Positions 42,300 to 50,895 of a DNA stretch of 64,000 nucleotides are shown here, one piece after another. Source of the DNA: Pirellulales bacterium. Lineage in GTDB: Bacteria > Planctomycetota > Planctomycetia > Pirellulales > PALSA-1355. The notes beneath the pieces are model-generated. The model was not told the origin of the DNA, did not search any database, and saw only the letters and a list, made by a program, of their open reading frames with translations. Within the stretch, counting starts at the first letter, position 1. Every line of letters starts with the position of its first letter. A program made the translations under genes and the position numbers. The DNA is taken from positions 32,001-96,000 of the forward strand of contig CAVTBU010000008.1 in NCBI GenBank assembly GCA_963733035.1, in the 5' to 3' direction.

Positions 42300-42789
42300 T
42301 CTTTTTGGCTTGCTTTCGGATGAAATCATCCAGATATCCTACCGCCAGCTCGATGGATTGTCTCGAAGCGTGCAGGCGCTTGTAACCGTAGATTCGCTTT
42401 ACAAATTCCCGAATTGCCTGAACCTGCTGTTCAATCTCGATGTCATCCAGCGAAACGACACGCGGATGGTGCGCTGCATGATTGCGAATTAGTCTGAGCG
42501 CATCGAGCAGGTCGCACACTTCGTGAGCCAGGAGGCCAAAGGCCCGGCACATGGTTATTTTCATGCCGAACGAATAGAGCGGCGACGTAAAGGTATCTAG
42601 CAGCCTGCCTCGGAGATCTGAGTTCAGTCCTTCTCTTGCAAAAGTCTCCCGTAAAAGATCCTCCATTCGATCGTTCAATACCTCGCATCCGATTAGAGGA
42701 CATGCACGATCGGAATCAGACCACATCGCGCTGGTCGTAAGTAGCCAATCCACTAAGGATTTCTTACGTCTATTTTTCTTGCCGCTCAT
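42184..42789 (-). CDS. MtlR-like HEPN-superfamily protein
   Basis: SDR...LLR, PLYSFGMKI...FGLL and IRNHAAH (R-X4-H) motifs. Confidence 0.7.
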   Translation of the reverse strand: MSGKKNRRKKSLVDWLLTTSAMWSDSDRACPLIGCEVLNDRMEDLLRETFAREGLNSDLRGRLLDTFTSPLYSFGMKITMCRAFGLLAHEVCDLLDALRLIRNHAAHHPRVVSLDDIEIEQQVQAIREFVKRIYGYKRLHASRQSIELAVGYLDDFIRKQAKKITESPPRQKQLDRPPTSPQPPKKAIYRRRNPRQQNASR

Positions 42790-42871
42790 ACGTTAGCCCC
42801 TTGGGCGTGGCGTAGTGCGGTCCCTGCCTTATACGCTCACGGATTCGGTGTGCAAATCACCGCACGTCCAT

Positions 42872-43039
42872 TCAGCGGCGTTTAGCGGCCTTTAGAAGCA
42901 CCTCACGCGCCCAGGTGGACGTGTTGCCGTCTGCGGCCTTCTCAAGCTGCTTTAGCTCGGATTCGCTCAAGCGAATCTGAAAGCGTATGTCGCGTCGCTC
43001 CGCGTCGTCTTTTGGGGGTCTACCCCTTTGTGATTCCAT
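42872..43039 (-). CDS. Ribbon-helix-helix DNA-binding protein, 55 aa (below the ORF-track cutoff)
   Basis: Hand translation: MESQRGRPPKDDAERRDIRFQIRLSESELKQLEKAADGNTSTWAREVLLKAAKRR*. Confidence 0.75.
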   Translation of the reverse strand: MESQRGRPPKDDAERRDIRFQIRLSESELKQLEKAADGNTSTWAREVLLKAAKRR

Positions 43040-43045
43040 GACAGG

Positions 43046-43105
43046 ATTGTACAGACAAAAAATATTCGTGCAAGCTATTTACCGCCGATTAAATGTCTGT
43101 ACAAT
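43046..43105. promoter_or_regulatory. Divergent promoter region with 12-bp inverted operator repeats
   Basis: ATTGTACAGACA (43046-43057) and TGTCTGTACAAT (43094-43105) in AT-rich DNA. Confidence 0.6.
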
Positions 43106-43248
43106 AAATTATGTTGGGAACGGCAATTCCCAATAAAAAACCCCGACTCGGCCCTGGCAGGCTGAATCGGGGGACAAACAACCAGGCTCTCGCTAGGCTG
43201 CTGTGACAAGCCAATTCTAGCGGAAGCCGTAACCAAGGCTACCCCGCG

Positions 43249-44283
43249 ATGATGATGATTGCTTGTGCCCATGCGACGTTCCAGAAATACGGCAAAGACC
43301 GCAAGGGAAACCAGCGGTTTAAGTGCTCGCTGTGCGGCAAGCGATGGACGGAAGAACACGCCAAGCCGCTCGGCGAGATGCGCGTGCCGGTCGAAACCGC
43401 CAAACTCGCGCTCCGTCTGCTGACGGAAGGCATGAGCATCCGCGCCACGGAACGCACAACCGGCTTGCACCGAGACACGATTTGCAAACTGCTGGTGTTA
43501 TTTGGCGATGCCTGCCAGCGGTTTTTAGACGAGCGTATGCGTGGGCTCACACTGTCTCATCTGCAATTCGACGAACAGTGGACTTACGTCTACAAGAAAC
43601 AATCTCGGCTCACCACGACCGAGCGCGAGCGATCGAGCGAGCAAGGCGATATGTACTTGTGGACGTGAGTGGACCAGAAAACGAAGCTCATGCCCGCGTT
43701 CCTGATCGGCAAGCGTTCGGCCGACAATGCCCGCCGTTTTATGATGGACGTTGCGAACCGGCTGGTGTTCCCAAAGCCGCACCAGAGCGATGACCAGAGC
43801 TATACAAAGCCTGGATACCAGCCCATTACTCAAATTTCGACGGATGGCTTCCCGGCCTACCCCGAGGCCGTGGACCTGGCTTTCGGTCCCTACGTCAAGT
43901 TCGGCACGATCATAAAGGAGTACCGCAACGCGAGCATGATCTATACGCCCTCAGAAATGGTCGGTACGAAGCGGACGGGCGTTCGCGGGATAAGCGGCCG
44001 GAACCAGCGGACGATATGTACCTCGCACGTGGAGAGGTTGAACGGCACCCAGCGGCTATTTATGAAGCGTCTCAACCGGTTGACCTACTGCTTTTCCAAG
44101 AAACTACGGAACCTGGACGCGGCATTCGCCATGTTCGCGGCCTACTACAACTTTTGCTGGCAGACCCGCAAGCCGGGCAAGTCGGGGCAGAAACGGGGGA
44201 CCGCCGCGATGATGGCTGGACTGGCCGGCCACGTGTGGAGCTTCGACGAACTATTCGATGAGGCAATTGCCAAAATTGCCTGA
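43249..44283 (+). pseudogene. IS1-family DDE transposase interrupted by an in-frame TGA at 43666-43668
   Basis: Zn ribbon (CSLC), HTH (GMSIRATERTTGL), QFDEQW, ISTDG, HVERLN and RLTYCFSKK; both halves are in the same frame. Confidence 0.88.
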
Positions 44284-44331
44284 CCCCCCGTTATGGTTGA
44301 AGCCGGACGCACATTCGAGTAGTCTGCTGGC

Positions 44332-44919
44332 ATGATTTGTCGAATCGCACGTATATCGGCCGTTTTGGTATATTTCGCATTATCTGCGGACGCGCCTGCG
44401 CAAGACATAATTCAATTTACAAATCCACCCGGAAATGGCACCGTTCAACTGCAAATATGGCCGATGTCGGTCGCAGGACCGCAAGCCAATTTCATCCTAA
44501 AGCCCGGTCAAAGCATGCCGGTTCAGCTAGTATCGCAGGGAAAATTCAACATCCGCAGCCTGCAATGGAGCCCAGACGGGAACACCTGCACTCGCTGGCT
44601 CGTACAGAATTTGGATCTCCATGCGATCGCAGATGGATCAGTCCTATCGATCAAGCTTTATGCATCTCGGGAAGCGATGTGGGAGCGATTTGATGGGCAA
44701 TACATGCAGGTGGCAGTGCCTCCAGGAGATTCAAAATGCATCTGGGAATTCACGACAATACCGACGGCGGTAGAATCACCTCCCCTGCTGGAGCCGATAG
44801 AAACAGAGCCTGCGCCTACCGGTGTGCAGCAGTACGCAACTGTTTCCATGCCAGCTGGATGCCCGGTAATTGGGCATGATCCGCCGAGAGAACCAAAAAT
44901 CCCAAAACGTAAAAAGTAG
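44332..44919 (+). CDS. Secreted hypothetical protein (IS passenger)
   Basis: Signal-peptide-like N-terminus ending APA-Q; 195 aa. Confidence 0.65.
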   Translation: MICRIARISAVLVYFALSADAPAQDIIQFTNPPGNGTVQLQIWPMSVAGPQANFILKPGQSMPVQLVSQGKFNIRSLQWSPDGNTCTRWLVQNLDLHAIADGSVLSIKLYASREAMWERFDGQYMQVAVPPGDSKCIWEFTTIPTAVESPPLLEPIETEPAPTGVQQYATVSMPAGCPVIGHDPPREPKIPKRKK

Positions 44920-44934
44920 CAGGAAGGGATTGAT

Positions 44935-45543
44935 ATGGGGTCCGACGCAATTTGGGAAAAGCTGATGTCTCTCAGCATCGTTGCCGGCATGAATCAGCGG
45001 TATTCGCAGTACATGCTGACTAAGGCGGAGTGGTTCAGTAGTGCGATAGACGTTGCGGTTGTTGTCTTTACTATGCTCACCTTGGTTTTCGGGGTGGCTG
45101 CCTATTACAAGCCCGGGAATCTGATGCCCTTATTGCCATATTGGTGGAGCGGAACTGGATGGGGCGTATGGCGTGTTAAGTATAGTCGAATGGCTATCGC
45201 GATGTCGTTGTTCGCTGCGCTCAGTGGTGTGGTGCTCGTTGTCGTGCCAACAAACAAGTCAGTTCATTTCTATAGCACGATGCTTCAAAGCTGGAGCGAC
45301 CTGAGGCAGGACATAGATTCCGCAATTGTCGATTCCGACTCGCACACATTGATTTCCAATGAGCACGGTGAAATGTACCTGGAAAGGCGATATCGCGACC
45401 TGCTGGCAAAAAAGAATGCTCTAAATGCAAGGGAGCCATCTCCCGACCAAGAGCTTCTTGAGCATTTCTTAACGCTGGAAGAGCGGTCGAGGTCGGCCCA
45501 AGATGAAATAGCCGACCAGAAACCAGTCGCACTAAGGGAATAG
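44935..45543 (+). CDS. Two-transmembrane protein, SLATT-like (IS passenger)
   Basis: N-terminal helix, two hydrophobic helices, helical C-terminal tail (WSDLRQDID). Confidence 0.55.
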   Translation: MGSDAIWEKLMSLSIVAGMNQRYSQYMLTKAEWFSSAIDVAVVVFTMLTLVFGVAAYYKPGNLMPLLPYWWSGTGWGVWRVKYSRMAIAMSLFAALSGVVLVVVPTNKSVHFYSTMLQSWSDLRQDIDSAIVDSDSHTLISNEHGEMYLERRYRDLLAKKNALNAREPSPDQELLEHFLTLEERSRSAQDEIADQKPVALRE

Positions 45544-45567
45544 ACAGAGGCAATTCAGAACCACAAC

Positions 45568-45594
45568 AGCCCCGGCCCCCTGCCGGGGCTTTTT
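45568..45594 (+). terminator. Rho-independent terminator
   Basis: AGCCCCGGC-CCCCT-GCCGGGGCT followed by TTTT. Confidence 0.8.
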
Positions 45595-45616
45595 CATGCG
45601 CGATAGAATGGTGCCT

Positions 45617-45751
45617 ATGAGCGAGATTCATTTCACCTATCACGCGTCTTCGACCTGGCTGCCGTGGGCTGGGGTTGCGTTTGGGCTGGCCATGATCATC
45701 GGCTGCTCCGTAGCACTCTGGCGTGGCAGACGCCGACCACCTCAGTCCTAG
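45617..45751 (+). CDS. Putative 44-aa single-transmembrane peptide ending in the right TIR
   Basis: Hand translation: MSEIHFTYHASSTWLPWAGVAFGLAMIIGCSVALWRGRRRPPQS*; TAGAAT just upstream. Confidence 0.45.
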   Translation: MSEIHFTYHASSTWLPWAGVAFGLAMIIGCSVALWRGRRRPPQS

Positions 45752-45802
45752 GACACTACCCGAATTGCATGGGGTTTTGGATTCTGATAGCCTTTTTCTG
45801 CC

Positions 45803-47692
45803 ATGTCCCACCCGCCAATAGGCATTGACCTTGGAACGACTTACTCGGTCATCGCGTTCGTTGATGACACTGGTCGCCCTACGTCAATTGCGAACGAAGA
45901 CGGGGAAATTCTAACGCCGAGTGCGATTTCAATTGACCAGGGCGAAGTTGTCGTTGGAAAAGAGGCGATAAAGCAGGCCATATTCGAGCCATCGGTTTTT
46001 GCTGACTGCTTCAAGCGTGACATGGGGCGATCGCACTATCACCGGCCGATTGCGAAAAGACGGATTCCGCCTGAAGTCTTAAGCGCTTTTATCTTAAGGC
46101 GCCTCAAGCAGGACGCAGAACGCCGACTCGGACCAATTAGGCAAGCGGTTATTACCGTTCCAGCCTTTTTTGACGAAACACGCCGTCGCGCGACTCAAGA
46201 GGCCGGTAGGATCGCGGGACTCGAAGTCCTCGACATAATCAATGAGCCGACCGCAGCTGCTGTAGCGTTTGGCTACCAATCATCGACCGAGCATGAACAC
46301 GTTTTGGTCTACGACTTGGGTGGCGGAACGTTTGACGTGACCGTTTTGCAGATTGATGGCAAGAAGTTCCGCACATTGGCAACCGATGGCGATGTTCAAC
46401 TCGGGGGCAGGGACTTTGATGAGCGCCTTGTGAATCACGTAGCGGATAAGTTTAAGGACGCACATGGGTCCGACCCTCGCAGTGACCCCCACGATGCGGC
46501 CCAACTATGGCAGAATGCCCAAGACGCAAAACATACGCTTTCTCAAAGGTCCAGTGTGGCGATTCCATGCTTTCATACCGGTATCAGAATGCGGGTCGAC
46601 CTTACTCGTTCCGAATTCGAGGAAATGACCGCGGACTTGATCGAGAGAACAGAAACCACGACTCAACTTGTCTTGAGACAAGCGAAACTGGATTGGAGTA
46701 AGATCGACCGGGTGCTTCTTGTCGGCGGGTCGACAAGAATGCCGAAGGTATCTGAGATGCTGCAGCGCGTTTCAGGAAAGGAGCCCGACCGATCAATGTC
46801 GCCGGACGAAGCGGTGGCCCACGGGGCAGCACTTTATGCCGGCCAACTTATGGCTGAACCCAGTCTGCCCCAGTCGTCAGCCTTTGAGCTTGTCAATGTG
46901 AACTCGCATAGCCTGGGCATAATTGGCATAGATCAGCGAGAGGACCGCTACCGAAATATCATCATAATCCCAAAGAACACACCGCTCCCCTGCAAGGTTG
47001 TTCGCAAGTTCGCTACTGCGCGAGAGAATCAAAACAGTGTTCGCGTCGTCGTCGTGGAAGGTGAAAGCGAACGACCAGAACACTGCATCGAACTTGGCGT
47101 ATGCGTGGTTCGCAATTTGCCGCCAGGACTGCCAAAGGGAACAAGAATAGAAGTCGAATATAGCTATGCGGCAAATGGTCGAATCTCGGTTCGTGCCCGA
47201 GTGCCGAAGGCACGTCAGTCGGCCGCAGTAGATTTGCAGTACGATGCTGCGTTGAACTTGGGCTTGAACGATTGGAAGACGAAGATTTGTGGTGATGAGC
47301 CAGCAGAAATTGTTGAGGGCGAAGACGAACTCGACAAATTCGTAAAGTACCTTGATGAGCTACTTGTTTCGATGGGACAGCGCGCCGCCAAGCTACGTCT
47401 GCCCGCCATATTTCAACGGAAACAGGTGGACGCAGTCGATGTCGCGGAAGAGTTACGATCGCTAACCACAGGCTATCTGGAGGCCGAACGGAATCGGCAG
47501 TCAGCCGTTGGTCAGTCTGAGATTCTCAAAACATCTGCCGCTCTATCGCAATTGACGGTCGCAATGGAGCTTGCGGAGGTCAAATTGCGATCAGCCTATC
47601 GCGCGCTCGCGCAGGCATGCGTCGAGGCGGAATACGCCCCTGAACCCCTTGCAGGTTTATACAACGAAATCAAGCGGGTTCACTCAGCATGA
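45803..47692 (+). CDS. Hsp70-family protein (non-canonical DnaK paralogue)
   Basis: GIDLGTT, TVPAFF, INEPTAAA, DLGGGTFD, VGGSTRMP and IPKNTPLP; divergent C-terminal helical region. Confidence 0.92.
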   Translation: MSHPPIGIDLGTTYSVIAFVDDTGRPTSIANEDGEILTPSAISIDQGEVVVGKEAIKQAIFEPSVFADCFKRDMGRSHYHRPIAKRRIPPEVLSAFILRRLKQDAERRLGPIRQAVITVPAFFDETRRRATQEAGRIAGLEVLDIINEPTAAAVAFGYQSSTEHEHVLVYDLGGGTFDVTVLQIDGKKFRTLATDGDVQLGGRDFDERLVNHVADKFKDAHGSDPRSDPHDAAQLWQNAQDAKHTLSQRSSVAIPCFHTGIRMRVDLTRSEFEEMTADLIERTETTTQLVLRQAKLDWSKIDRVLLVGGSTRMPKVSEMLQRVSGKEPDRSMSPDEAVAHGAALYAGQLMAEPSLPQSSAFELVNVNSHSLGIIGIDQREDRYRNIIIIPKNTPLPCKVVRKFATARENQNSVRVVVVEGESERPEHCIELGVCVVRNLPPGLPKGTRIEVEYSYAANGRISVRARVPKARQSAAVDLQYDAALNLGLNDWKTKICGDEPAEIVEGEDELDKFVKYLDELLVSMGQRAAKLRLPAIFQRKQVDAVDVAEELRSLTTGYLEAERNRQSAVGQSEILKTSAALSQLTVAMELAEVKLRSAYRALAQACVEAEYAPEPLAGLYNEIKRVHSA

Positions 47693-47785
47693 TGTAAACA
47701 CCGCTCAATGTGCTGTTGGCGAAAACAGAGCCGCGGTTCGCGACGCCACGGCTCGCCGAATTGTCAAAGAGCCTCGCGAGACCAA

Positions 47786-48508
47786 TTACCTCTGTGGGTC
47801 AACTTCGATGTCGACGATTTCAGACAGCAGGACGGCTTGCCCGCGGCGGTCGTAGCACGTGTTTCCCTTGAGTGATGGCTGGCCGGCAAACACGTAGAAG
47901 ATCGCAGTGCGCAGAGCATCGGGCCGATCGGAAGGGCCGCGAAACTTCACAATACAAGGCTTGGACGCGTCCATGAGCTCGGCCATTAAGTCGATGCCGT
48001 AACACTCAGAACGGCAGATGTCCTCGACAAGCTCGGGAAACTCCAGGTAGGAGCGACTTACTTCCCGACTGAACACTGCATCGCGAACAAGCATCCCGAA
48101 TGGACCGGAATAACCGGCGGAAGACTCTCGCATTTTTTTCCAATGATGCCCGTTGTTGCCGGCGCCATGTTCGACCCTCTCGCGAAACTCGGCCTTTTGG
48201 TCTGCCACCAAGCGGTTGCCGATAAGACGGTCTACCATCTGCCAAATTCGCTCAGTCATTGCCTCGCGCGGCAGGATTCCCTCACGCCGAAAGGATTCCG
48301 GGGCGATCGTCCGGGTAGCATGGAACCAGTAGATCGCATCGAATGAGCAGTCACGACCGACCACCGCTTCCCAAAGCGCTTCCGGCCCATCCTCAAACGA
48401 CTTGCCGACTCGTTGCAGCCGATGCGTTAGTTCGTAATGCTCGATGCCAATGATCGAGCAAAGCGACTGAGTCGCGGACGTCAGATTTGAGCAGTCGAGG
48501 GTTTTCAC
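47786..48508 (-). CDS. Hypothetical protein, possible ADP-ribosyltransferase-like fold
   Basis: YWFHATRT...SFRREGILP resembles the H-x-T...G(I/L)xP start of ART-fold proteins. Confidence 0.45.
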   Translation of the reverse strand: MKTLDCSNLTSATQSLCSIIGIEHYELTHRLQRVGKSFEDGPEALWEAVVGRDCSFDAIYWFHATRTIAPESFRREGILPREAMTERIWQMVDRLIGNRLVADQKAEFRERVEHGAGNNGHHWKKMRESSAGYSGPFGMLVRDAVFSREVSRSYLEFPELVEDICRSECYGIDLMAELMDASKPCIVKFRGPSDRPDALRTAIFYVFAGQPSLKGNTCYDRRGQAVLLSEIVDIEVDPQR

Positions 48509-48514
48509 GGTTGG

Positions 48515-49192
48515 TCATCCTGCTTGTGGCTGCGAGTTGTACTTCTCCCGAAGGCCCAGGGACACAATGGCGAACGTCGTCAGGCAGTACGTGGCCAGAG
48601 CCCGGTTGGCCGCGATCGCGATGAAATGTTTTAGCCCTACCAATTCGTCCCCGGTAAGGAAGTGCGCGTCTAGCAAGCCCACGGCCAGGCGGTAAGCCGC
48701 GCCAGCTCGATACGCGTGAGTCTGCGGGTCGTCGCCATGCGGGTACAACTCCGCGCGGTGTTGGCCGTCTTCCGCCAATTGCACGAAATTGGCGGTCGCA
48801 TTGGTGGGTTTCGTGCAGCCGTCGCATTGGAACCTTTCGCCCTTTTCATCGAACCTTACGCGGCCGGCCCCTTCATGAACAAAATCGGCGAAAGCACAAG
48901 GGCCGGCGGGTGACGGCAGAAGACCCGCGTTGTTTGCGACTGTCAGAGCGATTCTCGCGGCCGTTTCCTCACGTGTGACGGGCATCTTGACCAGGACCGA
49001 CGGGGCCGCAGGCGTGAATTGCACGCAGGATTCGCCGACCTGATAGGTGCTTTCCAGACGGGGACGCCGCCGCAAGTCCTTCATGCCGACTTCGACGATC
49101 TCCATGAAGGGGAGCATCGCGAGTGCGGTCTTCGCAGGAATATAGGTTTCAAGTGACCCGAACGCTAAGTAGGAATTGGTTTGCGGGAGCAT
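48515..49192 (-). CDS. Hypothetical protein
   Basis: ORF co-oriented between terL and the ART-like gene; AGGA upstream of ATG 49192. Confidence 0.6.
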   Translation of the reverse strand: MLPQTNSYLAFGSLETYIPAKTALAMLPFMEIVEVGMKDLRRRPRLESTYQVGESCVQFTPAAPSVLVKMPVTREETAARIALTVANNAGLLPSPAGPCAFADFVHEGAGRVRFDEKGERFQCDGCTKPTNATANFVQLAEDGQHRAELYPHGDDPQTHAYRAGAAYRLAVGLLDAHFLTGDELVGLKHFIAIAANRALATYCLTTFAIVSLGLREKYNSQPQAG

Positions 49193-49275
49193 CTGTATCC
49201 ATCCTTGAGAGAAAGTTGAGGTTAAACGGAAACCGGGGCGACCGACGCAAGTTTCCCTGATGTTTGTGTGAGGAA

Positions 49276-50895
49276 TCACCAGCCATACATTTCATTTGGC
49301 AACATCAACGGCCGGGGTGCGGGACACTGAATAACCTCTTCGATGTGCATGACGGATGGTCCGCACCGCATCGCGTCCGCGGCAATGGGGATTGCGATCG
49401 ACAACGCTATCGCTCGGTCCGCGTGGCCCAAGATCTTGTCGCTGGGGGCCGTTAGCTTATAGCCGTAGCTCTTCTCGACAATTTGCAGCCGGCACAGATC
49501 AGTAATCAGGTCGGGCTCGCGATACAGTTCGACGGTTCGGCCACGAAACGCTTGCAGCAGCGTGCTTGCCATTGTGTCGAGATGCTTGCCGATGAAGGGA
49601 ACTTCAAGCATGTTCACGCCGTCACGTCGTAGCGACTGCGACATAAAGCTGGCTTGGTGAGGATCGTAGCCGATCGTCAATCCTCGAAACCGACGGGACG
49701 CCTCAAGCACGCAGTCCTTGACTAGCAACAGATCGACTTCGCCGCCGGGCTCAGGCGCCGAACTTTGGCAGTCGGCAAGATACATTCGCTCCGTGTCGCT
49801 ATCGACGGCCAGGACGACTAGGGCCGCGTGATCGCGCTTCACCCCAAGATCCAGGCCGGCCACATAACCGAATCGACCAGCGTAGTCTTCGATTGGACCG
49901 TCAAGCGTGATTGCGGCCTCGATATCTGCGACGTCCAGGCAATCGCCGCCGGAACTCCAGACCCCTCCGAACAGGCGATTGAAACGACTGGCGGTGCTTC
50001 GACGTCGGGCATCCTCGATGCCGGCAGGATCGTGATAGGGCGCAGGGCCCGTAATCGTTCGGAATTGCCAGCGTTCGGGCTGAGACTGCACTGCTTCGCG
50101 GAGTCGATATTGCCACGAGTCGACGTTGCCCGCGTTCATGGCAAGCATGACAAGTCCGTGGGGAACCTTTTCAGAGTTGTCCAACAAATTGAACACAAAT
50201 TCTTCTGAAACGATGCACGTCAGTTCATCGACGAAAAGCGCGTCGGGTAGCGCGCCTTGGCTTCCGGCTTCGTCGGCGGGAATGATTTCGGCGAGCGCCT
50301 CAGTGTCGGAGCACACGATTTGCCACTTGTCGACACGGACCCGGTTCGCAAGCCATGGCATCGCCTGGGTGATCTTGACGGCCGCCATCCGTACTTCAGC
50401 CGCTTGGTCTTTGTCCGCGGCCGCAATTTGAATCCGCAGCATGCGGCGTGAAAACGCGATCATCCACAGCACGGTCAAAGCGATCATCCACGATTTGGCG
50501 TAACCTTTGGTTGCCTCCAACCAGAACCGACGAATTGGGGCGGGTCGTCCCTGCATCGCGGCAATGGCGGCGGGCTCAAGCGCAACCAGCATGTCGCGCT
50601 GGGCGGGCACTTTGACGTCGCCGAAACGGCGCAGACCGGTAGCGGTGTGCACGGGCATGTCGTCCGCAAAATCCGCCAGGCTGCCGCGGTAGTGAGCAAT
50701 CTGATCCGGGGTCAGGTTTCGCATGGCTTGTAAACGCCGGGCAACCGCCACGCCTGGAGGGAGACGCAGCAGCGCCCAGCGCGCAAAAGTTTTAGTTGGG
50801 CTGGTGTGTCTCGGGTGACTGCGAATTGCCGCTAGGGCCGATTTGCTGGCCTCCAGGCTGCTTGCCGTCAGAGGTTGAGCTTTCATGCAATCCAT
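49276..50895 (-). CDS. Terminase large subunit-like protein
   Basis: TKGYAKS (Walker A variant), AAADKDQA, LFVDEL (Walker B); RNase H-like AGLDLGVKRD, GYDPHQA and HADRAIAL; alternative start 50724. Confidence 0.85.
   Translation of the reverse strand: MDCMKAQPLTASSLEASKSALAAIRSHPRHTSPTKTFARWALLRLPPGVAVARRLQAMRNLTPDQIAHYRGSLADFADDMPVHTATGLRRFGDVKVPAQRDMLVALEPAAIAAMQGRPAPIRRFWLEATKGYAKSWMIALTVLWMIAFSRRMLRIQIAAADKDQAAEVRMAAVKITQAMPWLANRVRVDKWQIVCSDTEALAEIIPADEAGSQGALPDALFVDELTCIVSEEFVFNLLDNSEKVPHGLVMLAMNAGNVDSWQYRLREAVQSQPERWQFRTITGPAPYHDPAGIEDARRRSTASRFNRLFGGVWSSGGDCLDVADIEAAITLDGPIEDYAGRFGYVAGLDLGVKRDHAALVVLAVDSDTERMYLADCQSSAPEPGGEVDLLLVKDCVLEASRRFRGLTIGYDPHQASFMSQSLRRDGVNMLEVPFIGKHLDTMASTLLQAFRGRTVELYREPDLITDLCRLQIVEKSYGYKLTAPSDKILGHADRAIALSIAIPIAADAMRCGPSVMHIEEVIQCPAPRPLMLPNEMYGW

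Larger units (their letters stand above)
42032..45760. mobile_element. IS1-family transposon with passenger genes (3,729 bp)
   Basis: TIRs GGTAGTGTCCTA-N4-TGAGGTGGTC at 42032-42057 and 45735-45760 (23/26 match); TSD CGAATTGC at 42024-42031 and 45761-45768. Confidence 0.92.

Noticed and set aside
43666..43668. Selenocysteine at the transposase TGA
   Set aside because: No redox-type context, no SECIS that I can recognise, and no precedent I know of in DDE transposases.
45803..47692. Housekeeping dnaK
   Set aside because: It lies inside a mobile element, has no grpE or canonical dnaJ next to it, and has a divergent C-terminus; no gene symbol assigned.
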